DNA of 28,303 nt from an uncultured Pseudomonadota bacterium (GTDB lineage Bacteria > SAR324 > NAC60-12): assembly GCA_913020725.1 (NCBI GenBank), contig CAJWCD010000032.1:1-28303 (forward strand), in the 5' to 3' direction. Below the pieces are notes generated by a model. The model worked only from the letters and a program-made list of their open reading frames with translations. It was not told the origin of the DNA and searched no databases. A program made the translations under genes and the position numbers. This document shows, piece by piece, positions 1 to 9,287 of this stretch (positions are counted from its first letter, which is position 1; each line of letters begins with the position of its first letter).

Positions 1-2
1 GG

Positions 3-446
3 CCTGGCTCAAGGCGGCATGAACCCCGAAACCGAAACGGAAAAACTCCGCGCCGGCTCACGCGCTTATTTGCGATAAGGTCTATTGGAGCCGCCCCACT
101 CCGGGATGATGCTGGAGCCGTGACTGGCGCGGTTCTCACCTTCCGGGACATCAGCACCCGCCATCAGGCCGAACTTGTCCTCGCCGAAGCCTGCGATACC
201 TTCGACAAACTCCTGACTCCCCGGGAAAACGAGGTACTGCAACTCATGGTGGACGGCTTCTCCACCAAGGAAATCGCCTCCGATTTCAACATCTCCCCAC
301 GCACTGTGGAGTCCCACCGACAGAACATGATGCGCAAATTCGGGCTGCACGACATACCCATGCTCATCCGCTTTGCCCTCGTCCACCGCCTCGTGGAGGT
401 TCCTCCCGGAAACTCCGTGGCGGGATCGCCTAAATCTCTAAAATGA
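3..446 (+). CDS. PAS/PAC-LuxR HTH transcriptional regulator, 5' part missing or off-window
   Basis: Frame is open from the left edge. From ~90 it reads AAPLRDDAGAVTGAVLTFRDIS (PAC motif), then LTPRENEVLQLMVDGFSTKEIASDFNISPRTVESHRQNMMRKFG (LuxR HTH). The first ~30 codons do not look PAS-like, so it may be a truncated remnant. Confidence 0.75.
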   Translation, partial: PGSRRHEPRNRNGKTPRRLTRLFAIRSIGAAPLRDDAGAVTGAVLTFRDISTRHQAELVLAEACDTFDKLLTPRENEVLQLMVDGFSTKEIASDFNISPRTVESHRQNMMRKFGLHDIPMLIRFALVHRLVEVPPGNSVAGSPKSLK

Positions 447-534
447 GCTTCCCTTTGGTGAAGCCTCCTTCGATGGTATCGTGGGCGGCACGGGTTTCAG
501 CGAGGGGGAAGCTGCGAGCGATGGTCACTTGAGG
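430..534 (-). pseudogene. C-terminal remnant of an NADPH:quinone oxidoreductase / MDR-family gene
   Basis: VTIARSFPLAETRAAHDTIEGGFTKGKLILEI* matches the MDR/QOR C-terminal pattern (I.R.FPL.E...AH...E.....GK.IL). The rest of the gene is absent. Confidence 0.65.
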
Positions 535-553
535 ACACCAGAGAGGATTGCTG

Positions 554-1564
554 TTAACCGTCGTAAGTCCGCGCACCAGAGTCTCGATGCCATGTCCGGT
601 AGAGGTGTCGTTTGAAACGAGGATCGGGGTGATCAGTGAAATGGCTCCGGTAGTGCCCCAACTCATGATTGTTCAGAAACTGCACCTGTCCTCGCTCCAA
701 AGGCGCTTCCAGCCACAAATCCGGGGAGTTGGCCACATCTTCCACGACCTCCAGAGCTTCTGACAGGACTACGTCCATTTCGAGGTTGGCGACTTGGTAG
801 CCCTTACGCACTAGCTGAACATTGGCCCGCGCCATCAATGATTCGCCATTCCAGATGAAGAAGGGTGCCCACGCGGTTTTTGGCGCGGTATCTGCGTGTT
901 CTTTTTGGCGGTCAAACAGCATGGGCTGGTAGAGGCGTTCCAGTCCTTTGGGGTGCTGTTCCAATAGGCGATTGTGGATCGAGTAGAAGCTGCAAAAACG
1001 ACTGACTCCCCCCTCGGGTGCGGGGTATTTGCAGAGCAAGCCCACATAGTTCGGCACCCGCACTCCAAAGGCGTTGTCGGTGTGAAAAACCAGTTCGGCA
1101 TTGGTGTGTGACCCCCGCACACCATAGCTGAAAGATTTTCCTGTGTCGGTGACATTGTACACCATCGTTCCGTCCCACTTTTGGGCGACTGTCCGCCCAA
1201 TCAATTGCGAAAGCACCCAATAGCACGACACGATCTCCTCGTCCTCCATCGGCATCCCCTCCAATATGCAAAACCCACAACCCTTGTCGAGAATGAACTT
1301 GGCCTGAATCGTGATTTCACGCAAATGGGGAATCTCGAAATCGTCCGGATGCCGTAAAATCAATGGAAGCGGATGCTCCCACAAAACTTCCAGCATCGTC
1401 TTGATTTCTGCTAGGGTTGAGTCAGAAATACGGATCGTCCAAGCCTCCGGAACCAGTTGCTCCGCAAGCCACGCTCGGCCATCGCTGATGGAGTGAGACA
1501 GGATTTGCGGTGCGGCCCCAGTGGTCAGGTCTAGGCTCCCCGGAGGAACAGGACAGGAGAACAT
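554..1564 (-). CDS. TauD/TfdA-family Fe(II)/2-oxoglutarate dioxygenase
   Basis: FHTDNAF (HxD), VGLLC...GGVSRF and distal GQVQFLNNHELGHYRSHF motifs, plus RHLYRTW. Start is uncertain: ATG 1564 chosen, ORF extends to 1651. Confidence 0.88.
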   Translation of the reverse strand: MFSCPVPPGSLDLTTGAAPQILSHSISDGRAWLAEQLVPEAWTIRISDSTLAEIKTMLEVLWEHPLPLILRHPDDFEIPHLREITIQAKFILDKGCGFCILEGMPMEDEEIVSCYWVLSQLIGRTVAQKWDGTMVYNVTDTGKSFSYGVRGSHTNAELVFHTDNAFGVRVPNYVGLLCKYPAPEGGVSRFCSFYSIHNRLLEQHPKGLERLYQPMLFDRQKEHADTAPKTAWAPFFIWNGESLMARANVQLVRKGYQVANLEMDVVLSEALEVVEDVANSPDLWLEAPLERGQVQFLNNHELGHYRSHFTDHPDPRFKRHLYRTWHRDSGARTYDG

Positions 1565-1788
1565 CTCAAGAGGTAGAGTGTTGCGGTAGAATTGCAGCGT
1601 CAGGTGGTTAGGCGGACGATGGGAAAACACCCGGAGCAACATCATCACCATCCCCGCTTTGGCATTTCAAGCTGAAAGGGGCGGACGCTGGAATGGACGG
1701 TTTCGTGTTCTTTGATTCACTCGTCCTCATTGAGGTGGTAGAATGGGACGGAGTCGAACCCCAAGCTTTTTCAAACAACCTGACGCAG

Positions 1789-2687
1789 ATGGCCTCCCTG
1801 TCGTTTTCCCTGACGCAACTGCACTACTTTGTGACCGCAGCCCACACGCTCAACCTGACGCGGGCTGCACGGGAGTGCCCTGTCTCGCAGCCCTCGATCT
1901 CCGGAGCCGTGCATCATTTGGAGGAGATGTTTTGTACCCAGCTTTTCCATCGTGATCCCTCACGCGGGTTGTCGTTGACGACTTCCGGAACGCAGTTGCA
2001 GGAACTTGCAGAATCCTTGCTCGCTCAAGCCCACCAGCTTGAATCCCAAATGAATCCGGGAACATCGGAGGAAGCCCTCAAGGTTGGTTGCCTGATGACA
2101 CTGGAGGCACTCATCATGCCCGCCATGATCCAGTTGTTTCAAGAACGATCCCCCGGAATCATGCTGGCACATGAAACCGCACATCAGCAGGAACTACTGG
2201 AATGGGTTCATCGTGGAGCAGTGGAGTTGACCTATGACATGCAGATTGCAGAGGGCATGGGTTTCACACCACTGGGCGAGGCGCAGTTACCGCCCTACGC
2301 GATTCTCGCGCCAGACTCCTCTTGGGCACAGCAAGACGCCGTTTCCCTGTTTAGAATTGGCGGAGCAACCACTGGTGCTGCTAGACCTTCCGATGAGCCG
2401 GGATGACTTTTTACCCTCTTCGAGGATTTGGGGGTGCGCCCCAAGATCGCCCATCGGGAGGCATCGCTGAATATGGTGTGCAGCATGGTCGCCAACGGGC
2501 TGGGCTATTCCATCCTCAACGCCCACTCCAAAACTCAAACCGCACAGGACGGCAAGCCGTTTGTCGCCCGCTCCTTTGTGGAAACACTACGCCCCCTGCG
2601 TTTTGACGCAGTTTGGTCGGAACGGCGACCGGGTTTCTGGACTTTTGCCGGGAAACGGTTGCGCAGTGGATGCCCGATTTCGAGTAA
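1789..2687 (+). pseudogene. LysR-type regulator (HinK-like subgroup), frameshifted
   Basis: HTH FSLTQLHYFVTAA...SQPSISGAVHHLEE. The frame shifts at ~2351 (continues ELAEQPLVLLDLPMSRD), at ~2410 (LFEDLGVRPKIAHREASLNMVCSMVANGLGYSIL) and at ~2632 (FLDFCRETVAQWMPDFE*, stop 2685-2687). Confidence 0.85.
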
Positions 2688-2743
2688 TTGGCCTCCTAGC
2701 AAAAAACAAGACCGAGGCGGTCTCTTGCTTTGCATGAAAAACC

Positions 2744-3661
2744 ATGAAGATCATCGACGCTCATCAGCACTTTTGGGACATTGAAACCAACCATCACCCG
2801 TGGTTGTGCGACCAGCCGGTGCCCTTTCGGTACGGGGATTACTCGGCACTCCAAAAGAACTACCTGCCGGAGGATTACCGTGATGATGCGAAATACTTTG
2901 ACCTCGCAGGCTCTGTCTTCGTTGAAGCAGAATGGACTCCAGACGATCCACAGGGGGAAGTGTCGTGGGTCTCACAACTGCGTAAGCAAGCACAACTCCC
3001 TTCGGTGATGGTTGCGCAAGTTTGGCTGCACCGGGACGATGCCGAGGCCGTGCTGTCCAGCTATGGACAGGTGGACTTTGTGCGCGGGATCCGACACAAA
3101 CCGACATCTGCAACGGCTCCCGGCAAGGTCGTGCCGGGCACTCCAAAGTCCATGAGTGACCCGAATTGGCGTCGGGGCTACGCCTTACTTGCTCCAAACG
3201 GGTTGAGCTTTGACTTGCAAACCCCATGGTGGCAGCTTGCGGAAGCTCGAGAGTTAGCCGAGGATTTTCCTGAAACCAGCATCTTTCTGAACCACACCGG
3301 ACTGCCTGCGGATCGTTCCAAGGAAGGGTTATCAGGCTGGCGCAAGGCGATGAAGCATTTTGCTCAAGCACCGAACACTGCCGTGAAAATCTCCGGACTG
3401 GGATGCAGGGGTCGGGTCTGGTCGGTTGCAGAAAACCACCGTGTGGTGCTGGAGACCATTGAGATTTTTAGTCCACAACGTTGCATGTTCGCCTCAAATT
3501 TTCCTGTGGATGGACTGGTGGGCAGCTACAAGACGATCATGGGCGGCTTTCTAGCGATCACCGAGCCGTTTTCTGAAGCAGAGCGCAATGCCATGTTTCA
3601 CGACAATGCCGCTAAGTTCTATCGAATCAATCAACCTCTCTTTCCTAAAAAGGCTTTGTGA
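2744..3661 (+). CDS. Amidohydrolase-2 family protein (sugar-lactonase-like)
   Basis: IIDAHQHFWD, VRGIRH, GLSFDLQ, LNHTGLP, VKISG and RCMFASNFPVD motifs. Confidence 0.9.
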   Translation: MKIIDAHQHFWDIETNHHPWLCDQPVPFRYGDYSALQKNYLPEDYRDDAKYFDLAGSVFVEAEWTPDDPQGEVSWVSQLRKQAQLPSVMVAQVWLHRDDAEAVLSSYGQVDFVRGIRHKPTSATAPGKVVPGTPKSMSDPNWRRGYALLAPNGLSFDLQTPWWQLAEARELAEDFPETSIFLNHTGLPADRSKEGLSGWRKAMKHFAQAPNTAVKISGLGCRGRVWSVAENHRVVLETIEIFSPQRCMFASNFPVDGLVGSYKTIMGGFLAITEPFSEAERNAMFHDNAAKFYRINQPLFPKKAL

Positions 3662-4551
3662 ACACAACCTCGCGTTTTGTCCCACCCACCCGCATTGGAT
3701 TTGTGGGGCTTGGCATCATGGGCGTACCGCTGGTACAGCGGTTTCTGGAAAAGGGCCTGTCGGTCACAGTTTGGAACTTGGAACCGGAGCGGTTTGCTCT
3801 GGTTCAGGACGCAGGTGCAGTTTGGGTAGATTCTCCCGCAGCAGTTTGTACGGCATCTGAGGTTGTCTTTGTCTGTGTCCTTGGCGATGATGCTCTTGCA
3901 AGCGTCTGCTTGGGAGAACACGGATTTGTGCAGGCCAAAGGAGCTTCGCTGCTGGTTGATTTCTCAACCTCCTCCCCTGCAGCTACCTTGCGGGTCGCTG
4001 CACAGTTGCAGGAAGCCACCGGCCTCGTATGGTTGGATGCTCCCATGTCCGGAGGCCCGCAAGCAGCACGGGAGGGCAAGCTAACACTGCTGGTTGGTGG
4101 AGACTCCAAAGTCTATGAGCAAGCAAAATCCCTCTTGTCACTGGTGTCCTCCAACCTCACCCGTATGGGTGGTTTGGGTTCAGGACAAAAGACTAAGATT
4201 CTCAATCAGTTGCTCGTTGGCGTGAATTATGTCCTCATGGCAGAACTGCTGACAACCGCAAAGGCCGCAGGCATTGACCCGCATCAGCTTCCGGAATGCT
4301 TGAAAGGGGGCATGGCAGATAGTACCATCCTGCAACGCATTTTTCCACAGATGGCGTCCGGCGACTTCAATCCTCCCAAAAGCTACGCACGGCAACTCAA
4401 CAAAGACCTCAAATCTGTTAAGGTGTTTGTGGAAAACCTGAAATTGGAGCTGCCTGTTGTCGCCACTGCCATTCAACAGTATCGCAACTACACTGAAGCA
4501 GGAAATGAGATGGAGGATGGGGCTTCCGTCTCTCGCCTGTATGAAGAATAA
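3658..4551 (+). CDS. NAD(P)-dependent beta-hydroxyacid dehydrogenase (3-hydroxyisobutyrate/tartronate semialdehyde reductase family)
   Basis: IGFVGLGIMG Rossmann motif, LDAPMSGG, catalytic KILNQ. GTGA overlap with the upstream gene. Confidence 0.9.
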   Translation: MNTTSRFVPPTRIGFVGLGIMGVPLVQRFLEKGLSVTVWNLEPERFALVQDAGAVWVDSPAAVCTASEVVFVCVLGDDALASVCLGEHGFVQAKGASLLVDFSTSSPAATLRVAAQLQEATGLVWLDAPMSGGPQAAREGKLTLLVGGDSKVYEQAKSLLSLVSSNLTRMGGLGSGQKTKILNQLLVGVNYVLMAELLTTAKAAGIDPHQLPECLKGGMADSTILQRIFPQMASGDFNPPKSYARQLNKDLKSVKVFVENLKLELPVVATAIQQYRNYTEAGNEMEDGASVSRLYEE

Positions 4552-4665
4552 CAAACTGACCACTACCAAGGCATCATTGTTGCTCTCTTCAAAGCCATCC
4601 GCATCATGATCGAGATCGACAAGAGCATCGACCAACGCGGCAGTTGGCCTGATACAATTCAGTGA
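4552..4665 (+). pseudogene. C-terminal remnant resembling a type ISP restriction-modification enzyme
   Basis: Translates as QTDHYQGIIVALFKAIRIMIEIDKSIDQRGSWPDTIQ*. This resembles the HYQKI.VAL.ETIR.M.EID..I...GGWP tail of type ISP enzymes. No start codon. Confidence 0.55.
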
Positions 4666-4772
4666 ATCAGGAGATCAACAAGTTTGAAGACGCAGGAAAC
4701 ATGGACCCAATTCTTGTAATCAGAGCGGCAAATAATTTCTGAAACCTCAAACCTTCAAGGGAGCAAAGCATC

Positions 4773-6158
4773 ATGACCGGAATCACTCGCCAGCTTGCAG
4801 AATTTGCAGCAAATCTTAAACCTAAGGACATTCCCGAAGAGGTGGTCGCACGTACCAGACTGCTCATTCTAGACATCACAGGAATCATGGTGCGTGCTCG
4901 TCATGACGCAGAGTCGACTCCGAGCATGATGGGCGCTATCCAAAGGCTCGGGCTGAATCAAGGACGCTACCTTGTGTTGGGCGACCCCACCGGCTACGCC
5001 TCTTCAGCAGCGGCGCTGATCAACGGGACTCTGGCCCATTCCCTCGATTTCGACGACACCCACGCCGCCGCATCGCTGCATTCCTCCGCACCCATTTTTC
5101 CTGCGGCCCTGACCGCAGCGGAAATGACTTCGGCCTCGGGACGGGATCTGATTGCAGCTTGCGTGGCAGGCTATGAAGTGCAAGTGCGCCTTGCCCTCGC
5201 GCTCAACCCCTCCGATCACTACGACCGTGGATTTCACCCGACCGCGACCTGTGGCGTTTTCGGGGCCGCCGCAGCTGCGGGCCGTCTGCTCGGACTCGAC
5301 GCAGAAGGCATCCAAAGTGCTTTCGGCATCGCCCTCTCCCAGTCCGCCGGTTCCATGCAGTTTCTTGCCGATGGCGCTTGGACCAAGCGTTCCCATGTTG
5401 GACAGGCGGCCTCCAACGGACTGCTCTGTGCGACCTTTGCCGCAGAAGGTTTCCGCGGACCTGCTGAAGCCTTCGAGGGCAACTGGGGGTTCCTGAGAAG
5501 TTATGCCCCGCACGCAGAGCCGGAGAAGGCCGTGAAGGCCCTCGGAGAAAAATGGGAGACTCTCGAACTCGCAGTCAAACCTTATCCCTCCTGCCGCTAC
5601 ACTCATGCTCCGATGGATGGTCTGGTTGCGCTGAGGAACGAGCAAGCTCTGGATCCGGACGCCATTGAATCTGTCGAAGTCGGGGTTTCCGCCACCGGAC
5701 ACAAGCTGATCGGAGAGCCGCAACATCTGAAAACCCACCCGGTGAGCATTGTTGACGGGCAGTTCTCGATGCCCTTCTGTGCCGCCGTGGTTCTGCGTCA
5801 CGGCAATCTGCTGTGGGACGACTACCCCGTCCAACTCAAGGACCAGGAAACCCTTGCCCTTTGCCGAAAAGTAAACACAGTGGTGGACGAACGCGCCGAA
5901 GCCACGTTCCCCGACAGCATGTCTGGTGTCGTGACGGTGAAGACGGGTCAGGGCAGCTTTGAGACCTTCGTCGGGCTTCCGAAGGGCGAACCTGGCAACT
6001 TCATGAGCGAGGATGAGTTTCGCGCCAAGTTCAGCGGACTCTGCGAACCCTATCTCGAAGAAAACCGGCTGGAGCAGCTTGCGGATGCGCTGCTCCAGCT
6101 CGATGGAGCAGCCAACGTGACGGAGGTGTTCTCCCTCAGTCGTCCCCAAGCAGGGTAA
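4773..6158 (+). CDS. MmgE/PrpD family protein
   Basis: AALINGTLAHSLDFDDTH, GFHPTATCG, KPYPSCRYTH, QFSMPF and PKGEP motifs. GGAG RBS upstream. Confidence 0.93.
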   Translation: MTGITRQLAEFAANLKPKDIPEEVVARTRLLILDITGIMVRARHDAESTPSMMGAIQRLGLNQGRYLVLGDPTGYASSAAALINGTLAHSLDFDDTHAAASLHSSAPIFPAALTAAEMTSASGRDLIAACVAGYEVQVRLALALNPSDHYDRGFHPTATCGVFGAAAAAGRLLGLDAEGIQSAFGIALSQSAGSMQFLADGAWTKRSHVGQAASNGLLCATFAAEGFRGPAEAFEGNWGFLRSYAPHAEPEKAVKALGEKWETLELAVKPYPSCRYTHAPMDGLVALRNEQALDPDAIESVEVGVSATGHKLIGEPQHLKTHPVSIVDGQFSMPFCAAVVLRHGNLLWDDYPVQLKDQETLALCRKVNTVVDERAEATFPDSMSGVVTVKTGQGSFETFVGLPKGEPGNFMSEDEFRAKFSGLCEPYLEENRLEQLADALLQLDGAANVTEVFSLSRPQAG

Positions 6159-6160
6159 CC

Positions 6161-6679
6161 ATGGTTGCCAAAGCAAAGGAAGTCGGCAAGCAAAGATACC
6201 GCGAATCCTACGGACGTTCCCTCGAGGATTTCGAAATCGGGGATGTTTACGAGCACCGCCCTGGACGCACCATCACTGAAAGCGACAACACTTGGTTTAC
6301 CCTGCTCACCATGAATCAGCACCCCCTGCACTTCGACGCGGAGTACGCCGCCAAGAGTGAATTCGGGAAACCTGTCGTCAATTCCTGCCTCACCCTCTCC
6401 ATCGTTGCAGGTATGAGCGTTTCTGACATCAGCCAGAAAACCATCGCCAATTTAGGCTGGGACAAGATCCGACTGACGGCACCGGTTTTCGTAGGTGACA
6501 CCCTCTATGCCGAATCGGAGGTGCTTGCAATCCGTGAATCGAAGTCCCGTCCCAGTCAAGGCATCGTGAAGGTTCGGACAACAGGCATGAAGCAGGACGG
6601 CACCAAGTTCATCAGCTACGAACGCACCATGCTGATCCCCAAACGCGGCTTTGCCGTGGACGACAAAGCGGGCTACTGA
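6161..6679 (+). CDS. MaoC-family (R)-specific enoyl-CoA hydratase/dehydratase
   Basis: GRSLEDFEIGDVYEHRPGRTITESDN...MNQHPLHFDAEYA hot-dog hydratase motif, plus PVFVGDTLYAESEV. Confidence 0.92.
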   Translation: MVAKAKEVGKQRYRESYGRSLEDFEIGDVYEHRPGRTITESDNTWFTLLTMNQHPLHFDAEYAAKSEFGKPVVNSCLTLSIVAGMSVSDISQKTIANLGWDKIRLTAPVFVGDTLYAESEVLAIRESKSRPSQGIVKVRTTGMKQDGTKFISYERTMLIPKRGFAVDDKAGY

Positions 6680-6683
6680 AAAC

Positions 6684-7853
6684 ATGGCTTCTTCGCAGAG
6701 CAGCACACCAGACGAGGAGGCGCTGATCCTCGAGAGCATCGGAAAATTCCTAGAGCGCGATGTCCGACCCAGTGTCCGTCGTCTGGAAGCCGCCGATGAA
6801 TACCCACACGAAATTGCGGACAGGCTCGCCGCACTAGGGCTTTTTGGCGCCACCATTCCTCCTGCATACGGAGGCCTTGGCCTGAACGCGACAATCTACT
6901 CACAGATCGTCGAAAAAGTGGCAGCGGTTTGGATGGCCGTCTCAGGCATCTTCAACTCCCACCTCATCATGTGCAGCGTCATTGAGCGCTTCGGCACCGA
7001 GGCGATGAAGCAGGCCTGCCTGCCACGCTTCGCCACGGGCGAGCTGCGCGGAGGGATTGCCCTGACCGAACCCGACTGTGGCACCGACCTGCAGGCGATC
7101 CGTACCCGTGCCGTCCGGGAGGGTGATGAATACATCCTCAACGGTGCTAAGCTGTGGTGCACGAACTCCGTTGAGGGGAATGTGCTCGCGGTGCTTGCCA
7201 AGACGGAGCATCTGCCAGATACACCAAGGCACAAGGGGATCAGCCTCTTTCTCGTCACAAAGGAGATGGGCTACCGGGCCAGCAAGCTACAGAAGCTCGG
7301 CTACCGGAGCATCGACACCGGTGAGGTTTTTTTTGAAAACGTCCGGGTTCCCGCTGATCACCTGATCGGCACCGAAGAGGGAGGGGGGCTGAACCAAATC
7401 CTGAGCGGATTGGAACTGGGGCGGATCAACGTTGCGGCACGGGGAGTCGGCATCGCACGGGCGTGCCTCGAGGAATCGGTGGCTTATGCTCAGGTGCGAC
7501 ACACTTTCGGCAAACCGATTTGCGAACACCAAACGATCCAGATCAAGCTCGCCGACATGGCCACCCGTGTCGATGCCGCACGCCTGCTCACCGAACAAGC
7601 GGCCCGTGCCTACGACCGTGGGGAACGGTGCGACATGGAGGCCGGGATGGCGAAGCTCAATGCCACCGAGGCAGCACTCGAGAATTCGCTGGAGGCCATG
7701 CGAATTCATGGTGCCTACGGCTATTCACCGGAATACAACATCGAACGCTACTACCGTGACGCCCCCCTGCTCGCCATCGGGGAGGGGACCAACGAACTCC
7801 AACGGCTCATCATTGCACGGCAGCTCGTGGAGCGGAATCCCGTTCAGAACTGA
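6684..7853 (+). CDS. Acyl-CoA dehydrogenase
   Basis: IALTEPDCGTDL, LNGAKLWCTN, RINVAARGVG, IHGAYGYS.EY.IERYYRDA and IGEGTNELQR motifs. Confidence 0.95.
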   Translation: MASSQSSTPDEEALILESIGKFLERDVRPSVRRLEAADEYPHEIADRLAALGLFGATIPPAYGGLGLNATIYSQIVEKVAAVWMAVSGIFNSHLIMCSVIERFGTEAMKQACLPRFATGELRGGIALTEPDCGTDLQAIRTRAVREGDEYILNGAKLWCTNSVEGNVLAVLAKTEHLPDTPRHKGISLFLVTKEMGYRASKLQKLGYRSIDTGEVFFENVRVPADHLIGTEEGGGLNQILSGLELGRINVAARGVGIARACLEESVAYAQVRHTFGKPICEHQTIQIKLADMATRVDAARLLTEQAARAYDRGERCDMEAGMAKLNATEAALENSLEAMRIHGAYGYSPEYNIERYYRDAPLLAIGEGTNELQRLIIARQLVERNPVQN

Positions 7854-7870
7854 AAAACTAAGAGACCGTC

Positions 7871-9058
7871 ATGACCCTTCCGCTTGCAGGTCTCCGTGTT
7901 CTGGCAGTCGAACAGTACGGCGCAGGCCCCTTTGGCACGCAGTTTCTTGCAGACCAAGGTGCCGAGGTGATCAAGATCGAAAATCCCAATGACGGTGGAG
8001 ACTTCGCCCGCGCAGTGGGTCCCCATTTCTTCACTCCGGAACACTCCCAATTCTTCCACGCCTACAATCGCAACAAGAAAAGTCTGACCCTCGACCTTTC
8101 AAAATCCGCAGGCACCGAGATTTTCAGGGACATGACGCGGACTGCCGATGCGGTCGTCTCTAACCTGAGGGGTGATGTTCCGGAGAAGCTGGGACTGACC
8201 TACGCGGCACTGAAAGAAGTCAACGAAAAGATCGTCTGTGCTCACCTTTCGGCTTACGGACGCAGCGGATCCCGTGCAAACTGGCCGGGCTTCGACTACC
8301 TGATGCAAGCGGAGGCCGGCTACTTCTCGCTGACCGGAGAGCCTGGCGGGCCGCCGACACGTTTTGGATTGTCGGTGGTCGATCAGATGACTGGACTCGC
8401 TCTTGCCTACGCGGTGCTGGCGGGTATCACTGGAGCCAGAGAGACAGGAAAGGGACGGGACCTCGACGTCAGCCTCTTTGATGTGGCACTTTCCAACTTA
8501 AGCTACCCCGCAATTTGGTACCTCAACGAGAACCACGTCACCGGACGCCTCGAACGTTCCTCCCATCCCGTGTTGACCCCTTGCGCCCTTTACCGCACTG
8601 CGGACGGCTGGATCTACATCATGTGCAACAAGGAAAAATTCTGGCCCGCCCTCTGTGGGGTGCTGGGACAGGACGACTGGGCGGAGGACAAACGCTTCAT
8701 GGATTTCAAGAGCAGGTTGGAGCACCGCGAGCAGATCAGGGAAATGCTGGACGACGTGCTTTCTGGACAAACCACTGCCCACTGGCTCGAGCTCTTTGCC
8801 GGACAGATCCCCGCTGCCCCAGTCAATTCCCTACAGGAGGCTCTCGAAAATCCTTTTGTGAAAGACGAAAACCGCTTGCAAGAACTGGAGTTGGAAGGAT
8901 ACGGAAACTACCGGACCATTGCTTCTCCTGTGAAATGTGGAGAGCCGACCCCAGCACGTCCTGCCCCAGGACTCGGACAGCATACTGAAGAACTGCTGAC
9001 AAAACTGGGTTACAACCAGACACGACTTGCCGAACTAAAAAAAATGGGGGTCATCTGA
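7871..9058 (+). CDS. CaiB/BaiF family III CoA-transferase
   Basis: PLAGLRVL..QYGAGPF..QFLADQGAEVIKIE, NRNKKSLTLDL, GFDYLMQAEAG and APGLGQHT motifs. Confidence 0.95.
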   Translation: MTLPLAGLRVLAVEQYGAGPFGTQFLADQGAEVIKIENPNDGGDFARAVGPHFFTPEHSQFFHAYNRNKKSLTLDLSKSAGTEIFRDMTRTADAVVSNLRGDVPEKLGLTYAALKEVNEKIVCAHLSAYGRSGSRANWPGFDYLMQAEAGYFSLTGEPGGPPTRFGLSVVDQMTGLALAYAVLAGITGARETGKGRDLDVSLFDVALSNLSYPAIWYLNENHVTGRLERSSHPVLTPCALYRTADGWIYIMCNKEKFWPALCGVLGQDDWAEDKRFMDFKSRLEHREQIREMLDDVLSGQTTAHWLELFAGQIPAAPVNSLQEALENPFVKDENRLQELELEGYGNYRTIASPVKCGEPTPARPAPGLGQHTEELLTKLGYNQTRLAELKKMGVI

Positions 9059-9167
9059 AGTCCTGCTCCAGATGACGACCACCTTGACCCGCATACGGAG
9101 TATCTAGGAAGCCCTGCCTAGGAACGGGTAGCTGCGCACAGCGCACAGCGCCGCTACATTTAAGACG

Positions 9168-9203
9168 ATCAAAAGTTCTGATGACCCTATCAGTTAATCG
9201 TAT
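9168..9203. promoter_or_regulatory. Tandem LysR-type binding boxes upstream of the monooxygenase operon
   Basis: ATC-AAAAGTTCT-GAT (9168-9182) and ATC-AGTTAATCG-TAT (9189-9203). Both fit T-N11-A, their centres are 21 bp apart, and they lie in an AT-rich intergenic region. Confidence 0.5.
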
Positions 9204-9287
9204 TTCACAGCATCGGAAAAATCGCGTACTTTTGTTGAGCATTTTTTAGACACGAGTCCCCCTTCTCTTTTCCACCCAAGGAGCCGC

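Noticed and set aside
1693..1788. N-terminal extension of the LysR ORF
   Set aside because: The HTH begins after ATG 1789; the upstream codons look like intergenic sequence.
9128..9159. GTAGC...GCTAC hairpin with tandem GCGCACA; possible degenerate start of a divergent LysR on the minus strand
   Set aside because: Too short and degenerate, with an immediate stop codon; not distinguishable from chance.
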